Assembly (NCBI GenBank): GCA_027488435.1
Contig: JAIYBR010000058.1
Location: 1-55,432 of the forward strand
Reading direction: 5' to 3'
Length of the DNA stretch: 55,432 nucleotides
DNA from: Flavobacteriales bacterium
GTDB lineage: Bacteria > Bacteroidota > Bacteroidia > Flavobacteriales_D > Sanyastnellaceae
Shown: one piece after another, positions 38,632 through 48,372 of the stretch
How positions within the stretch are numbered: the stretch's first letter is position 1
How the letters are laid out: every line of letters begins with the position of its first letter
The notes under the pieces: model-generated
The model's database searches: none
What the model was told of the DNA's origin: nothing
Seen by the model: the letters and a program-made list of their open reading frames with translations, nothing else
Program-made: the position numbers and the translations under genes

Positions 38632-39948
38632 ATGTTCAGGAAGTTTTCCATATTTCTCATTTTCGCCAGTTTGTATGCGTTCTCGTACGTGTTTTTCAAA
38701 GTGCCGTTTGAGTTCTACCTGGCCTACCTGATTTTCGTTTTGTACATGCCTTTTTTCTTCGCCAAATTCGGTATCCCAAAATGGCCTGTGCTTGTATTCA
38801 TGCCGTTGTTTTTTTCCGGCATCATTTATTGCCTGACGGGCGACAATAACTTTCAGCAATTCTTCAAGACTTTCATCGGGTTTTTTGCTTCCTGTCTCTT
38901 CTATCACTACGTAGTGCAGAGTTATGATTTCGATTTAAAAGAACTGTTCAGGCTCTACCTCATATCGGCATACGTAGTCACGATAATTGGTATTGTTCAG
39001 TTGGTTTCATACCCGATTGGTTTTAAACCAGGCTATAATTTTCTCTGGATATTCAACAAGTGGAATCCAAGCTATGGTGGTCTGGGGGTTCGTATTAGCT
39101 CCATTTTCTCGGAACCGGCCTACTATGCGGCAACCATTTCACCGGCCTTCTTCACTTCCGTTTACAACCTGTTTCAACGGCAGACCTTGTTTATCTCCAA
39201 GTTCCAGAGTGCCGTAATCGCTATCGTGTTTCCACTCACCTTTTCGAGCTTGGGTATTCTTGCTATTTTCTTTACCATCATTCTGCTTCTGATTAACCTT
39301 GGAACCATCCGTTACTCGCTCATTTTCGTTCCGCTGCTTGCCGTGACGATTGACTATTCGTACAAAAATGTTCCCGAGTTCCGCGACCGCTGGGATGGTA
39401 CAATTGAGATTTATACAACCGACAACATCTACGACTACGACATTCACGGAAGTAGCTTCGTATTGTACAACAACTCTCACGTAGCCTGGGAGAACTTCAA
39501 GAAGCACCCCATTTTCGGAACAGGCCTGGGAGGTCACCCAACTGCTTTCGATAAATACACGCTTACTCAGGAAGAAGGCGCAGTGCAAATCGACTTTAAC
39601 AAGATGGATGCGAACTCCATGTTCCTGCGTTTGATGTCGGAGACAGGCGTATATGGTCTGGCGTTTATGATTCTTCTTCTCATCCGCAGTTGGATTTCAA
39701 AATCAAATGCTATCGACAATGAAACCTGGGTAATGTCGAACGGTCTTACCATCATTATTATGGTTTACCTCATCCGACAAGGGCACTACTTCTTGAATGG
39801 ATTTCCCCTTTTCCTTTGGATGTATTACTATCTGTCGGTGCAAAACAAACATGCCATGGCTCAGAAAAAGGCGGAAATCAAAGCTGCCGAAATCGCTCAA
39901 TTTCGCCCTTCCACCTCGGAAGATCGGCTTTCCCCAGGGCATATTTAA
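38632..39948 (+). CDS. O-antigen ligase/polymerase-like (Wzy_C-type) polytopic membrane protein
   Basis: The 438-aa ORF has more than 10 hydrophobic helices. A large loop late in the protein carries HPIFGTGLGGHP. It lies between an O-acyltransferase and glycosyltransferases. Confidence 0.65.
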   Translation: MFRKFSIFLIFASLYAFSYVFFKVPFEFYLAYLIFVLYMPFFFAKFGIPKWPVLVFMPLFFSGIIYCLTGDNNFQQFFKTFIGFFASCLFYHYVVQSYDFDLKELFRLYLISAYVVTIIGIVQLVSYPIGFKPGYNFLWIFNKWNPSYGGLGVRISSIFSEPAYYAATISPAFFTSVYNLFQRQTLFISKFQSAVIAIVFPLTFSSLGILAIFFTIILLLINLGTIRYSLIFVPLLAVTIDYSYKNVPEFRDRWDGTIEIYTTDNIYDYDIHGSSFVLYNNSHVAWENFKKHPIFGTGLGGHPTAFDKYTLTQEEGAVQIDFNKMDANSMFLRLMSETGVYGLAFMILLLIRSWISKSNAIDNETWVMSNGLTIIIMVYLIRQGHYFLNGFPLFLWMYYYLSVQNKHAMAQKKAEIKAAEIAQFRPSTSEDRLSPGHI

Positions 39949-40711
39949 TCTGGCCAATTGACCAGTGCACCTCCATGTTTCTGCGATACACTAAATGAGG
40001 ATTCCGCTCAATCGAGTGCATGCCAGGAAACGTCGTAAAGTGAAAGTCATATTCATTTTCTATCGTTCTCTTCGCACCTTCATTCACGGAGAAATTGGTT
40101 TGAATTGGGGAGCAAAAGAGGGTAGATTCTTTCATCAATCTCTGTGATATCCAACGCTTACTACCCACAATTTCCTGCTGAACATCTTCCTTGCTGCTAT
40201 TGCTCCTCAAGAGATGCGACATCGTATGCGATTCAATGAAATGACCACGACTCAACAATTGATTTAAATCCGCTAAACTCATTGGGGTTAAATCTTCGGG
40301 CTCATGATCAACATTTGGGTCAATAATCTGACGAATATTCGTGCGGTAATATGCTTCCGGATTTTCCGCTTCCACAAAATCAGGAACTATAAAAAACACA
40401 GCGCGCGCATTGCGCAACTCCAAAAGCTCAGCGGCCATCAAATTGTTCTTTAGGCCATCGTCAAATGTGAAAAGTACATATGGCCCCTGATTCAATTTTC
40501 CACTGAAATAATCGCCCAATTGATTTGGGTTAAGAGGGCTGAAGTGCTTGAATAAAAAATCGATCAGCTCATTAAACTGTTTTCTTCTTTCAAGCGGTGT
40601 AGAGTGCATGCATAGCACTAACAACTCATCGGAGGAATAATTCCACGGACGCAAAACGTATTCGGCTGACCCGAATATCGACTTCATTATTTTCAAAATG
40701 AATTGCTTCAT
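39878..40711 (-). CDS. Polysaccharide deacetylase (CE4/NodB family)
   Basis: NodB motifs are present (LFTFDDG, ESHTMSH). I prefer the ATG at 40709-40711, which overlaps the GNAT gene stop as TAATG. The ORF-track start is a TTG at 40717. Confidence 0.75.
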   Translation of the reverse strand: MKQFILKIMKSIFGSAEYVLRPWNYSSDELLVLCMHSTPLERRKQFNELIDFLFKHFSPLNPNQLGDYFSGKLNQGPYVLFTFDDGLKNNLMAAELLELRNARAVFFIVPDFVEAENPEAYYRTNIRQIIDPNVDHEPEDLTPMSLADLNQLLSRGHFIESHTMSHLLRSNSSKEDVQQEIVGSKRWISQRLMKESTLFCSPIQTNFSVNEGAKRTIENEYDFHFTTFPGMHSIERNPHLVYRRNMEVHWSIGQIKYALGKADLPRWKGEIERFRQL

Positions 40712-41658
40712 TACCAAGTGTCAATATCACTGCGAAACATCCACCAATTGCTCCAGTCCTTCACTGAATCGGCCAGTGGGCCCTTTGCAATGAAATAAAT
40801 CTTCTTGTCGATTGGTCGAAGCCCCATGTCGGTCAAAACTCTTTTCAAACTCTCCGAAGTATTATTCACCGCAAATGAGATTAGGGTAAAGTTAGCCTTT
40901 CGCTTCACCTCTTTCAGGAGACTTAGAATTGCCTCCCGTATAAACTCTTCGTTAGCGTGTGTTGTCAAAAATTTGCCGACTACCAATTCCCGAATAATAC
41001 GTTTTCGTCGTTGCGCCTTCATTTCAAAAAACGCCCGCTTACCTTCCTTCTCGAAGGTGTATCGATAAAAATCGCCGGTCTCATATCCAAAACGATAACG
41101 ATCAAAGTCGGCACGCTGCGCCACATAGACCAGTGAATTATCGGCGCTCATATTTTCCGGTTGCCGATTTCCCAGTGCTCTCCTAAGCTGTGCCTCAGGC
41201 GAAGAAAACAAGGAAAGTATCGGATTCATCGGCTTGATGTACCATTGCAAATTGAACGGATTCTTCCAGCCATTGCGCATAAAAGAATTGTACGAAGCCT
41301 CTACCGGAAATCCAATGAGCAGCTCCGCATTGAAGCCGCTGCCCGGCTCGTGAATGTAGTTGAGCATTTTACCAAAAAGGCCCTTACCTCTGTAATCGGG
41401 ATGCACTAGTGAATTACCACTTTGGTATGACCGTACTTCCTTCCCATCCATGACCACAGGCCAGAAGAAGAACGATTGAAACCCGGCTACATGCTCACCA
41501 TCGACTGCAACGATTCGTATGCACTCCTGGTTCTGAAAATCCTGCTCGTAAAATTTCCCGAACAACGTGTCGAATTCTGTAGCACCGGTTGCATACTCCA
41601 TGTCGAATAGAGCAACCACCTGAGGCCGCATCCAATCTTCATACTTTTGAATCGTCAT
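40711..41658 (-). CDS. GNAT-family N-acyltransferase with a C-terminal extension
   Basis: The 315-aa ORF has the acetyl-CoA binding motif VHPDYRGKGLFGKML. Confidence 0.7.
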   Translation of the reverse strand: MTIQKYEDWMRPQVVALFDMEYATGATEFDTLFGKFYEQDFQNQECIRIVAVDGEHVAGFQSFFFWPVVMDGKEVRSYQSGNSLVHPDYRGKGLFGKMLNYIHEPGSGFNAELLIGFPVEASYNSFMRNGWKNPFNLQWYIKPMNPILSLFSSPEAQLRRALGNRQPENMSADNSLVYVAQRADFDRYRFGYETGDFYRYTFEKEGKRAFFEMKAQRRKRIIRELVVGKFLTTHANEEFIREAILSLLKEVKRKANFTLISFAVNNTSESLKRVLTDMGLRPIDKKIYFIAKGPLADSVKDWSNWWMFRSDIDTW

Positions 41659-41683
41659 AGTCTGCCCTTAATTTGCAGCGAAG

Positions 41684-42712
41684 ATGAAAAGAATTCTTGT
41701 TCTTTATAAAGAATTAGCCGGTTACTTTATAGCATGTCTGGATGAGTTATGTCTGAAGCACAACGTGCAAGCCGACGTGATTGCATATCCGGTGAATGCC
41801 GATGCTCCTTTCAAGTTTAAGCATTCGGAACGCATCAGCATCTATTCGCGGGCCTCTATTTCCGATCAAGAATTAAGTCGAATGGTTGCAGCAGAAGACT
41901 ATGATCTCATCTTCACAGGTGGCTGGTTCGATAAAGGTTATCTCGCTGCTTTAAAACATCGCAAATGCCCTGCTTTACTTGGCTTTGATAATGCCTGGAG
42001 CGGTTCACTCAAACAACAGCTGTCGACCTTCTATGGTCGTATATTTCTTAAACCGCTCTTTGATTATGCGTTTGTCCCCGGCAGTCGACAAGCTGTATTT
42101 GCATCGAAACTGGGCTTTCAAGAGAAGTCGATTATACGCGGTGCCTATTCGTGCAATGTCGCCAAATTTTCCAGCGTCATTCAACAGCCGCAACGTCACA
42201 ACCGCCTCATCTACGCAGGCCGCTATTCGCCGGAAAAGTATGTGCAACCGCTTTTCGAACGCTTTCATAAACTCGCTGAGAAAGAATTTCCAAACTGGGA
42301 GCTTCATTGCATTGGCACAGGGCCGCTGTGGAATGAACGATTGCAATCACCTCATATCGTGCATCACGGTTTTATGCAGCCCGACGAGCTTCTGGCCTTC
42401 ATGAATACAGGCAACGCCTTTATTCTACCCAGTACGTTCGAGCCGTGGGGAGTTGCCGTGCACGAGTTTGCTGCTGCGGGTTATCCGCTTATACTCTCTG
42501 ACGCTGTAGGCGCGGCAGAAGCGTTTCTTGAGACAACTAAAAACGGTTATCTGTTCCAAGCCGGTAACGTGGATGCGCTGGAAGATGCGCTGCACACGAT
42601 AATGTCGCAAAGCCGGGCGCAGTTGCTTGAAATGGGCCATCACAGTCGGGCACTTGCATGTAGCATTACGCCTGAATCATGGGCAACAAGCGTGGCTGGT
42701 ATGATGCGATAA
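41684..42712 (+). CDS. Glycosyltransferase family 4/1
   Basis: The 342-aa ORF contains PSTFEPWGVAVHEFAAAGYPLILSDAVG, an E-x7-E motif. Confidence 0.85.
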   Translation: MKRILVLYKELAGYFIACLDELCLKHNVQADVIAYPVNADAPFKFKHSERISIYSRASISDQELSRMVAAEDYDLIFTGGWFDKGYLAALKHRKCPALLGFDNAWSGSLKQQLSTFYGRIFLKPLFDYAFVPGSRQAVFASKLGFQEKSIIRGAYSCNVAKFSSVIQQPQRHNRLIYAGRYSPEKYVQPLFERFHKLAEKEFPNWELHCIGTGPLWNERLQSPHIVHHGFMQPDELLAFMNTGNAFILPSTFEPWGVAVHEFAAAGYPLILSDAVGAAEAFLETTKNGYLFQAGNVDALEDALHTIMSQSRAQLLEMGHHSRALACSITPESWATSVAGMMR

Positions 42713-42784
42713 TGTGCATATTGCTTCCCGAATGATTGCTAAGTTCATTTCCCCTCTTACCTTTCCAACCGCAAGAGTAAAACT

Positions 42785-44650
42785 ATGTGCGGCATAACCG
42801 GAATAGCCCGTTTCAAGAATCGAGATGAGTGCACTGAAAAAGTGCGCATCATGAACAATCATATTGCGCACCGAGGGCCGGATGCAGAAGGAATCTGGTC
42901 GCACGACTTCTGTGTGCTGGGCCATCGTCGACTATCCATCATTGATACTTCTGCCGCAGGCAATCAGCCCTTTCATTCGGAAGACAGAAGTCTGACCGTG
43001 GTCTTTAATGGTGAAATTTATAATTATCTCGAGCTTCGAAAAGAGCTGGAAAGCACACACACATTCACCACCCAAACCGACACTGAAGTCATTCTTGCTG
43101 CATATGCAAAGTGGGGTATCGATTGCGTGGAGCATTTCTTTGGCATGTTTGCTTTCGCTCTTTGGGATGAAAAACAATCGCAACTTCTCATTGCGCGCGA
43201 CCGCCTGGGTGTGAAGCCACTTTATTATTCAGAGACAGAGCAGGGTTTTGTATTCGCTTCGGAAATACGCGCCATCCTTTCTACCGGCTGGATTGAACGC
43301 CGAATCGATGCCAATGCCGCAGCTGATTATCTGCGATATCAGACCGTTCACGCGCCTCATACCATTATCGAAGGCGTATATATGCTCATGCCGGGACATC
43401 GCATGGTCGTTGATGCAAAGGGAATTCGCACAGAGCGCTGGTGGGATCTGACAGATAACCGTGTTCGCCTCGATGGCAGTGAGTCGAAGGAAAGCATTCA
43501 CAAGCACATCAACGAACTACTTCGTTCGAGTGTCGAATTGCGCATGCGTGCCGATGTTCCGTTTGGCGCATTTCTTTCCGGAGGCATCGACTCCAGCATT
43601 GTGGTAGGCCTGATGAGTCGCATTTCTTCTCATCCTGTCAACACATTTTCGATTACCTTCAACGAACAGGCGTATGATGAAAGCCCTTACTCTGAGCTCA
43701 TTGCAAAGCGATTCAACACGAAGCATACTGCCATTCAACTTAGCGCGAATCACTTCCTTCAGATGGTGCCCGAGGCATTGCAAGCCATGGATCATCCCAG
43801 CGGCGACGGACCTAATACCTATGTGGTTTCAAAGGCCACACGTGAAGCGGGTGTTAAGATGGCTTTGAGCGGACTTGGCGGCGACGAAGTGTTTGCCGGG
43901 TACGATGTGTTTCGTCGCATGAAGGCACTTGAAACCAAACAATGGTTGAATAGTCTGCCCGTCGCTATTCGAAAAAATATGGGCGCACTCGTTCGCGCGG
44001 TAAAGCCTTCTGCGGCTTCGGAAAAAATAGCTGCTGCGCTAGGACAAGAGCGTATCGACTTAGCGCATTTCTACCCACTCACCCGTCAGGTACTCTATGA
44101 AAGCGAAGTGAATCGACTGCTTAAGCAAAGACCTTTAGAGCGCAATTGCGTGGAACTCCTGTCGCAAGCTGTGAGCGGTATTCGAATGCCCACGCTTTCG
44201 AAGGTGAGCGTGCTCGAAATGTCTACCTACATGCAAAATGTACTGCTACGCGATGCCGATCAAATGAGTATGGCGCATGCACTAGAAATCCGTGTTCCAT
44301 TTCTCGATCACAGACTCATCGAGTTCGTTCTCGGTGTCAGCGACAAGCACAAATTTCCGCATACGCCGAAAGAATTACTCACGGAATCTGTTGGCGATTT
44401 AATTCCACGAGAAATTATTGACCGACCTAAAATGGGATTCACATTTCCATGGGCGGTCTGGATGCGAAGTGAATTGAAGTCCTTTTGTGAAGAGCAACTA
44501 ATCGCATTGAAACAAGTGGAAGTAATTCAACACGATGAAGTCGTTGCTTTATGGAGACGCTTTCTGGCGGGCGATAAGCGAATTACGTGGTCGCGCATAT
44601 GGCCATTAGTTGTTTTGGGACATTGGGTAAAACATCACGATGCACACTAG
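42785..44650 (+). CDS. Asparagine synthase (glutamine-hydrolysing)-family amidotransferase, glycan-locus paralogue
   Basis: The 621-aa ORF starts MCGITG, showing the Ntn Cys2. The PP-loop motif FLSGGIDSS is present. Confidence 0.93.
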   Translation: MCGITGIARFKNRDECTEKVRIMNNHIAHRGPDAEGIWSHDFCVLGHRRLSIIDTSAAGNQPFHSEDRSLTVVFNGEIYNYLELRKELESTHTFTTQTDTEVILAAYAKWGIDCVEHFFGMFAFALWDEKQSQLLIARDRLGVKPLYYSETEQGFVFASEIRAILSTGWIERRIDANAAADYLRYQTVHAPHTIIEGVYMLMPGHRMVVDAKGIRTERWWDLTDNRVRLDGSESKESIHKHINELLRSSVELRMRADVPFGAFLSGGIDSSIVVGLMSRISSHPVNTFSITFNEQAYDESPYSELIAKRFNTKHTAIQLSANHFLQMVPEALQAMDHPSGDGPNTYVVSKATREAGVKMALSGLGGDEVFAGYDVFRRMKALETKQWLNSLPVAIRKNMGALVRAVKPSAASEKIAAALGQERIDLAHFYPLTRQVLYESEVNRLLKQRPLERNCVELLSQAVSGIRMPTLSKVSVLEMSTYMQNVLLRDADQMSMAHALEIRVPFLDHRLIEFVLGVSDKHKFPHTPKELLTESVGDLIPREIIDRPKMGFTFPWAVWMRSELKSFCEEQLIALKQVEVIQHDEVVALWRRFLAGDKRITWSRIWPLVVLGHWVKHHDAH

Positions 44651-45779
44651 GAAAAAAATACTGGTATTCAGTGATTGGTTTCTGCCCGGATACAAAGCCG
44701 GTGGCCCCATTCGTTCGCTGGCCAACCTGGTGCACAGTCTCGATATCGATTTCTGGATTGTGACGCGCATCACGGACCATCACAGCACCCAACCTTATGA
44801 GGGCATTCAACGCGGTGCATGGACCCAACATAGAGCCAATGTGCAGGTATGCTATGTTGACCAAAAAGATGTAACGGCACTTTTCGTCAAAAAAATTCTG
44901 AAGGAACAATCATTCCACTACATCTATTTCAACTCACTCTTTTCGCCCATCTTCACATTGCTGCCTTTGCGCACAGCTCGCGCCATGGGAATGGCTGAAC
45001 GTTGTGTGCTAGCGCCTCGCGGCATGCTAAAGCCAGGAGCACTCTCCATTAAATCGAAAAAGAAAAAAATATTCCTGTTCGTTTCAAGATTACTCGGCTG
45101 GTTCAACAACATTCGCTGGCATGCCACCAACGAACAGGAAAAGCAAGAAATAAAACATCATTACGGAAAATCGTGTACGGTTTTCGTTGCCCCCAATCTG
45201 GCTTCTATCATGGACAGTAATGATGAACCGGTGGAAAAAGAAAGCGGCAGTTTGAGGCTTGTGAGCATTGCGCGTATCAGCGCTGAAAAGGGAATTCGTG
45301 AGGCCATTCAATTCTTGAAATGCGCAGAACTTAAAACAGGTGTTGAATGTGCTTTTTTCGGAACGCAACAAGATGAAGCTTACTTAAACGAATGCAAACA
45401 ACTTGCGTCACAGATTGAAGGCGCACGTATTTCATTTCCAGGAGAAATTGCACCGGAAGAAATTCCGAATGCCTTACAGAATGCTCACTTCTTTTACATG
45501 GCAACCTGGGGCGAAAACTTTGGCCATGCTATTGCCGAAGCTCTTCAACACGGTAAGCCGGTCATCATCAGTGACCGAACTCCGTGGCGCAACTTAAAGA
45601 CGGCTAATGCCGGCTGGGATTTGCCGCTTGAGGAAAAATCGTTTACAGAAATTCTGAGAGTGTCCCATTCCATGAATCAAGCAGAATATAACGTTTGGAG
45701 CAATGGAGCAAAGTCATACGGTCATGCACATGCCAACGACCCGCGCCATCTTCAGTCCTATTATTCCTTATTCGCATAA
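44640..45779 (+). CDS. Glycosyltransferase family 4/1
   Basis: The 379-aa ORF has a start overlapping the asnB-like stop by 11 nt. It contains KILVFSDWFLPGYKAGGPIRS and ATWGENFGHAIAEALQHGKPVIISD. Confidence 0.8.
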   Translation: MHTRKKILVFSDWFLPGYKAGGPIRSLANLVHSLDIDFWIVTRITDHHSTQPYEGIQRGAWTQHRANVQVCYVDQKDVTALFVKKILKEQSFHYIYFNSLFSPIFTLLPLRTARAMGMAERCVLAPRGMLKPGALSIKSKKKKIFLFVSRLLGWFNNIRWHATNEQEKQEIKHHYGKSCTVFVAPNLASIMDSNDEPVEKESGSLRLVSIARISAEKGIREAIQFLKCAELKTGVECAFFGTQQDEAYLNECKQLASQIEGARISFPGEIAPEEIPNALQNAHFFYMATWGENFGHAIAEALQHGKPVIISDRTPWRNLKTANAGWDLPLEEKSFTEILRVSHSMNQAEYNVWSNGAKSYGHAHANDPRHLQSYYSLFA

Positions 45780-45845
45780 TAATCATACATCTTTAACGCC
45801 AGCCTAACAAGGACGGGCGTTACCTTAGGCACCACTTTTTTCGAC

Positions 45846-46724
45846 ATGAACATCGTAATCCTCTCGCGCGACCCGAAGCTCTACAGCACTCGCCGCCTTG
45901 TTGAAGCCGGCGAACAGCACGGACACAACATTCGTGTGCTTGATCATTTAAAATGCAATCTCGTTATTGAGAAGAAAAAACCCAAGGTGATCTATAAAGG
46001 GGAAGAGATTACGAATGTGCATGCAATCATTCCGCGTATTGGTGCATCGGTCACTTTCTATGGAACTGCGGTTGTGCGTCAGTTTGAAATGATGCATGTG
46101 TTTAGTGCGGTTGAATCCCAAGCGTTAGTGCGCTCGCGCGACAAGCTGCGCAGCATGCAGATTCTTTCGCGAGCAGGCCTAGGACTGCCCAAAACCGTTT
46201 TCAGCAATTACTCGAAAGACGTCGATAAAATTCTCGCCGAAGTTGGGGGTACACCTGTAGTCATCAAGTTGCTCGAAGGCACTCAAGGCCTGGGTGTAGT
46301 GTTGGCTGATAACGATAAGGCGGCTATCAGTGTGATGGAAGCATTCAATGGATTGAAGGCACGTGTCATCGTTCAAGAATTTATTCGCGAGGCAAAAGGT
46401 GCCGACATCCGTGCCTTTGTTATCGATGGACAAGTGGTTGGAGCCATGAAACGCCAGGCGAAAGAAGGAGAGTTCCGCTCGAATCTGCATCGCGGAGGGA
46501 CAGCCGAAGTAATTACGCTCAGTCGTCAGGAAGAAATTGCCGCCATCAAGGCCGCGAAAGCACTTGGTCTGGGTATCGCAGGGGTCGACATGCTTCAAAG
46601 CGACCGAGGACCGCTTATCATCGAAGTCAATTCATCACCAGGCTTAGAAGGCATTGAAGGAGCCACGCAAAAAGACATTGCGGGCGAGTTCATCAAGTAC
46701 ATTGAAAAGCACGTGGACCACTAG
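45846..46724 (+). CDS. rimK: RimK-family ATP-grasp alpha-L-glutamate ligase (ribosomal protein S6 modification)
   Basis: The 292-aa ORF reads [27 protein letters not shown]...[16 protein letters not shown]...VQEFI...FRSNLHRGG...GVDML...[13 protein letters not shown]. Confidence 0.93.
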   Translation: MNIVILSRDPKLYSTRRLVEAGEQHGHNIRVLDHLKCNLVIEKKKPKVIYKGEEITNVHAIIPRIGASVTFYGTAVVRQFEMMHVFSAVESQALVRSRDKLRSMQILSRAGLGLPKTVFSNYSKDVDKILAEVGGTPVVIKLLEGTQGLGVVLADNDKAAISVMEAFNGLKARVIVQEFIREAKGADIRAFVIDGQVVGAMKRQAKEGEFRSNLHRGGTAEVITLSRQEEIAAIKAAKALGLGIAGVDMLQSDRGPLIIEVNSSPGLEGIEGATQKDIAGEFIKYIEKHVDH

Positions 46725-47557
46725 TGCGAGAAAATCGCTCGGTCAACCACATAGGTATCGACCGGATTTACACACAACACAGGGATTTGCGCCTCATTGG
46801 TGATAACTTGCTGTTCGTAGTTGCTACTGAAGAAGCTCATGATACTATTGTCGTAGAAATTCATGATGCAAATCAAATCGGCATCAATACCTGCAGAGTA
46901 CTTCAGCATGTCGCGCACAAAATCGTCTGATTTGTTTTCGGTGATTTCAACGTTGTATGGGATTCCCTTTTCTTCGAGATATTCCTTCGCGAAAATGATA
47001 TTGCGCTCAAGTTGATTACGCAAAAATTCGTCGGTTTCACCCGGAGAGATAAGATGTACTTCAGAGCCGAAATACTTAGCCATGTCGGCCACTAAACTCA
47101 ACTTCTGTTTAGTCTCTTTATGCAAATCGAGCGGCACAACCAGCTTACGATAGCCATGATCGCGTATGTCGCGCTCCTGAACAACGATAAAAGGAACCGA
47201 ACTTTCTGTAACGATTTTCAATGCGCGGCTTCCTGTAAGGAATTGCATACCGCGCATGCCATGCGTTCCCATGATAATGAGGTTCGCTTCAATCTCTACG
47301 GCCACCTTGTCAATGTCTTCGAAGACGCTGCCTATACGAGCAATAACACCAACTTCAACATTGTTCTCTCGTTTAACACGATCGCGCAAGGCCTCCAATT
47401 TCAGGCGCGCTTCAGCAATTTGTTTTTTGCTCTCCACAACGTGCATCACATGAATCGAAGCGTTAATAGTGCCTGCCACCAGAAGTGCATGTTCGATGGC
47501 GGTGTCACTCACTTTCGTAAAATCGGTCGGTACGAGAATTTTTTTGTCGTTGTTCAT
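46721..47557 (-). CDS. Universal stress protein (tandem UspA domains)
   Basis: The ATG at 47557 gives [25 protein letters not shown]...[11 protein letters not shown], followed by a second Usp-like half. The ORF-track start is 47590. Confidence 0.85.
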   Translation of the reverse strand: MNNDKKILVPTDFTKVSDTAIEHALLVAGTINASIHVMHVVESKKQIAEARLKLEALRDRVKRENNVEVGVIARIGSVFEDIDKVAVEIEANLIIMGTHGMRGMQFLTGSRALKIVTESSVPFIVVQERDIRDHGYRKLVVPLDLHKETKQKLSLVADMAKYFGSEVHLISPGETDEFLRNQLERNIIFAKEYLEEKGIPYNVEITENKSDDFVRDMLKYSAGIDADLICIMNFYDNSIMSFFSSNYEQQVITNEAQIPVLCVNPVDTYVVDRAIFSH

Positions 47558-47577
47558 AAGGAATATGTATACATCGG

Positions 47578-47585
47578 CAAATGTA
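47578..47585 (-). promoter_or_regulatory. Candidate -7 box (TACATTTG, reverse strand) for the usp gene
   Basis: The reverse complement of caaatgta at 47578-47585 is TACATTTG. It lies 21 nt upstream of the usp ATG. Confidence 0.3.
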
Positions 47586-47610
47586 CACACCTATAGAGCT
47601 TTGTGAAAAT

Positions 47611-48372
47611 TCATGAATTAAAATAGTCGAGACAATGCTGAATGAAAGCTTGAGGATCTTCAGCGTGCAGCCAGTGACCTGCATTTTGCATTGTCTCAAA
47701 TCGCACGTTGGGTATGAGATTGCGAATGAATGCATGGTCGAAATCTGTGACATAATGACTTTTACCACCGGTTAAAAAAAGTGCAGGAGAATCTATGCGC
47801 TCCAACGGCAAAGCAGCCATCAACTGAGATTGCTCATGAAAAAGAACCTCCAGATTGAAGCGCCAATCGAGCAAGCCCGGCTCCTTCCAGAACAGATTTT
47901 TCAGCAGAAACTGAAGTGTGCCCTGGTCTGAGACAAAAGCAGATAGCCGTTCCTCTGCACCTTTGCGCGACGAGCAGTGCTTCACGTCCACAGCGAATAA
48001 TCCTTGAAATACTTGATCATGGTGTGGTGGATAGGCCTTCATGCCCATATCGGCAACGACCATGCGATCGATGAGGAAACCATATTGCTGCGCAAATCGC
48101 ATTATGGTCTTCCCTCCCATAGAATGACCAATAATCCTCACGTCGCGCAAACCCAGTTCTGCAACAAGCTCAAAAAGATCGTGCGCCATGAGGTCATAAT
48201 TCATTTCTTCGGCGTGAGGAGAATGACCATGATTCCGTTGATCGATGAGATATACGGTATGCGTTTCAGCAAAGACCCTGGCATGCGTTTGCCAGTTGTC
48301 TGAACTTCCAAAAAGTCCATGCAGGACAAGAAGCGGAGGGCCTTCGCCTAACGTTCGATAGAAAAGTTTCAT
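47611..48372 (-). CDS. Alpha/beta hydrolase (YbfF-like esterase)
   Basis: The 253-aa ORF has [10 protein letters not shown] and the nucleophile elbow GHSMGG. Its start overlaps the pdxJ stop by 4 nt. Confidence 0.85.
   Translation of the reverse strand: MKLFYRTLGEGPPLLVLHGLFGSSDNWQTHARVFAETHTVYLIDQRNHGHSPHAEEMNYDLMAHDLFELVAELGLRDVRIIGHSMGGKTIMRFAQQYGFLIDRMVVADMGMKAYPPHHDQVFQGLFAVDVKHCSSRKGAEERLSAFVSDQGTLQFLLKNLFWKEPGLLDWRFNLEVLFHEQSQLMAALPLERIDSPALFLTGGKSHYVTDFDHAFIRNLIPNVRFETMQNAGHWLHAEDPQAFIQHCLDYFNS

Noticed and set aside
45794-45822. Hairpin taacgcc...ggcgtta after the last glycosyltransferase, a possible terminator marking the end of the glycan locus
   Set aside because: The 7-bp stem has a 15-nt loop and the T run starts about 12 nt further on. 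This is too weak to call, although transcription may well stop here.
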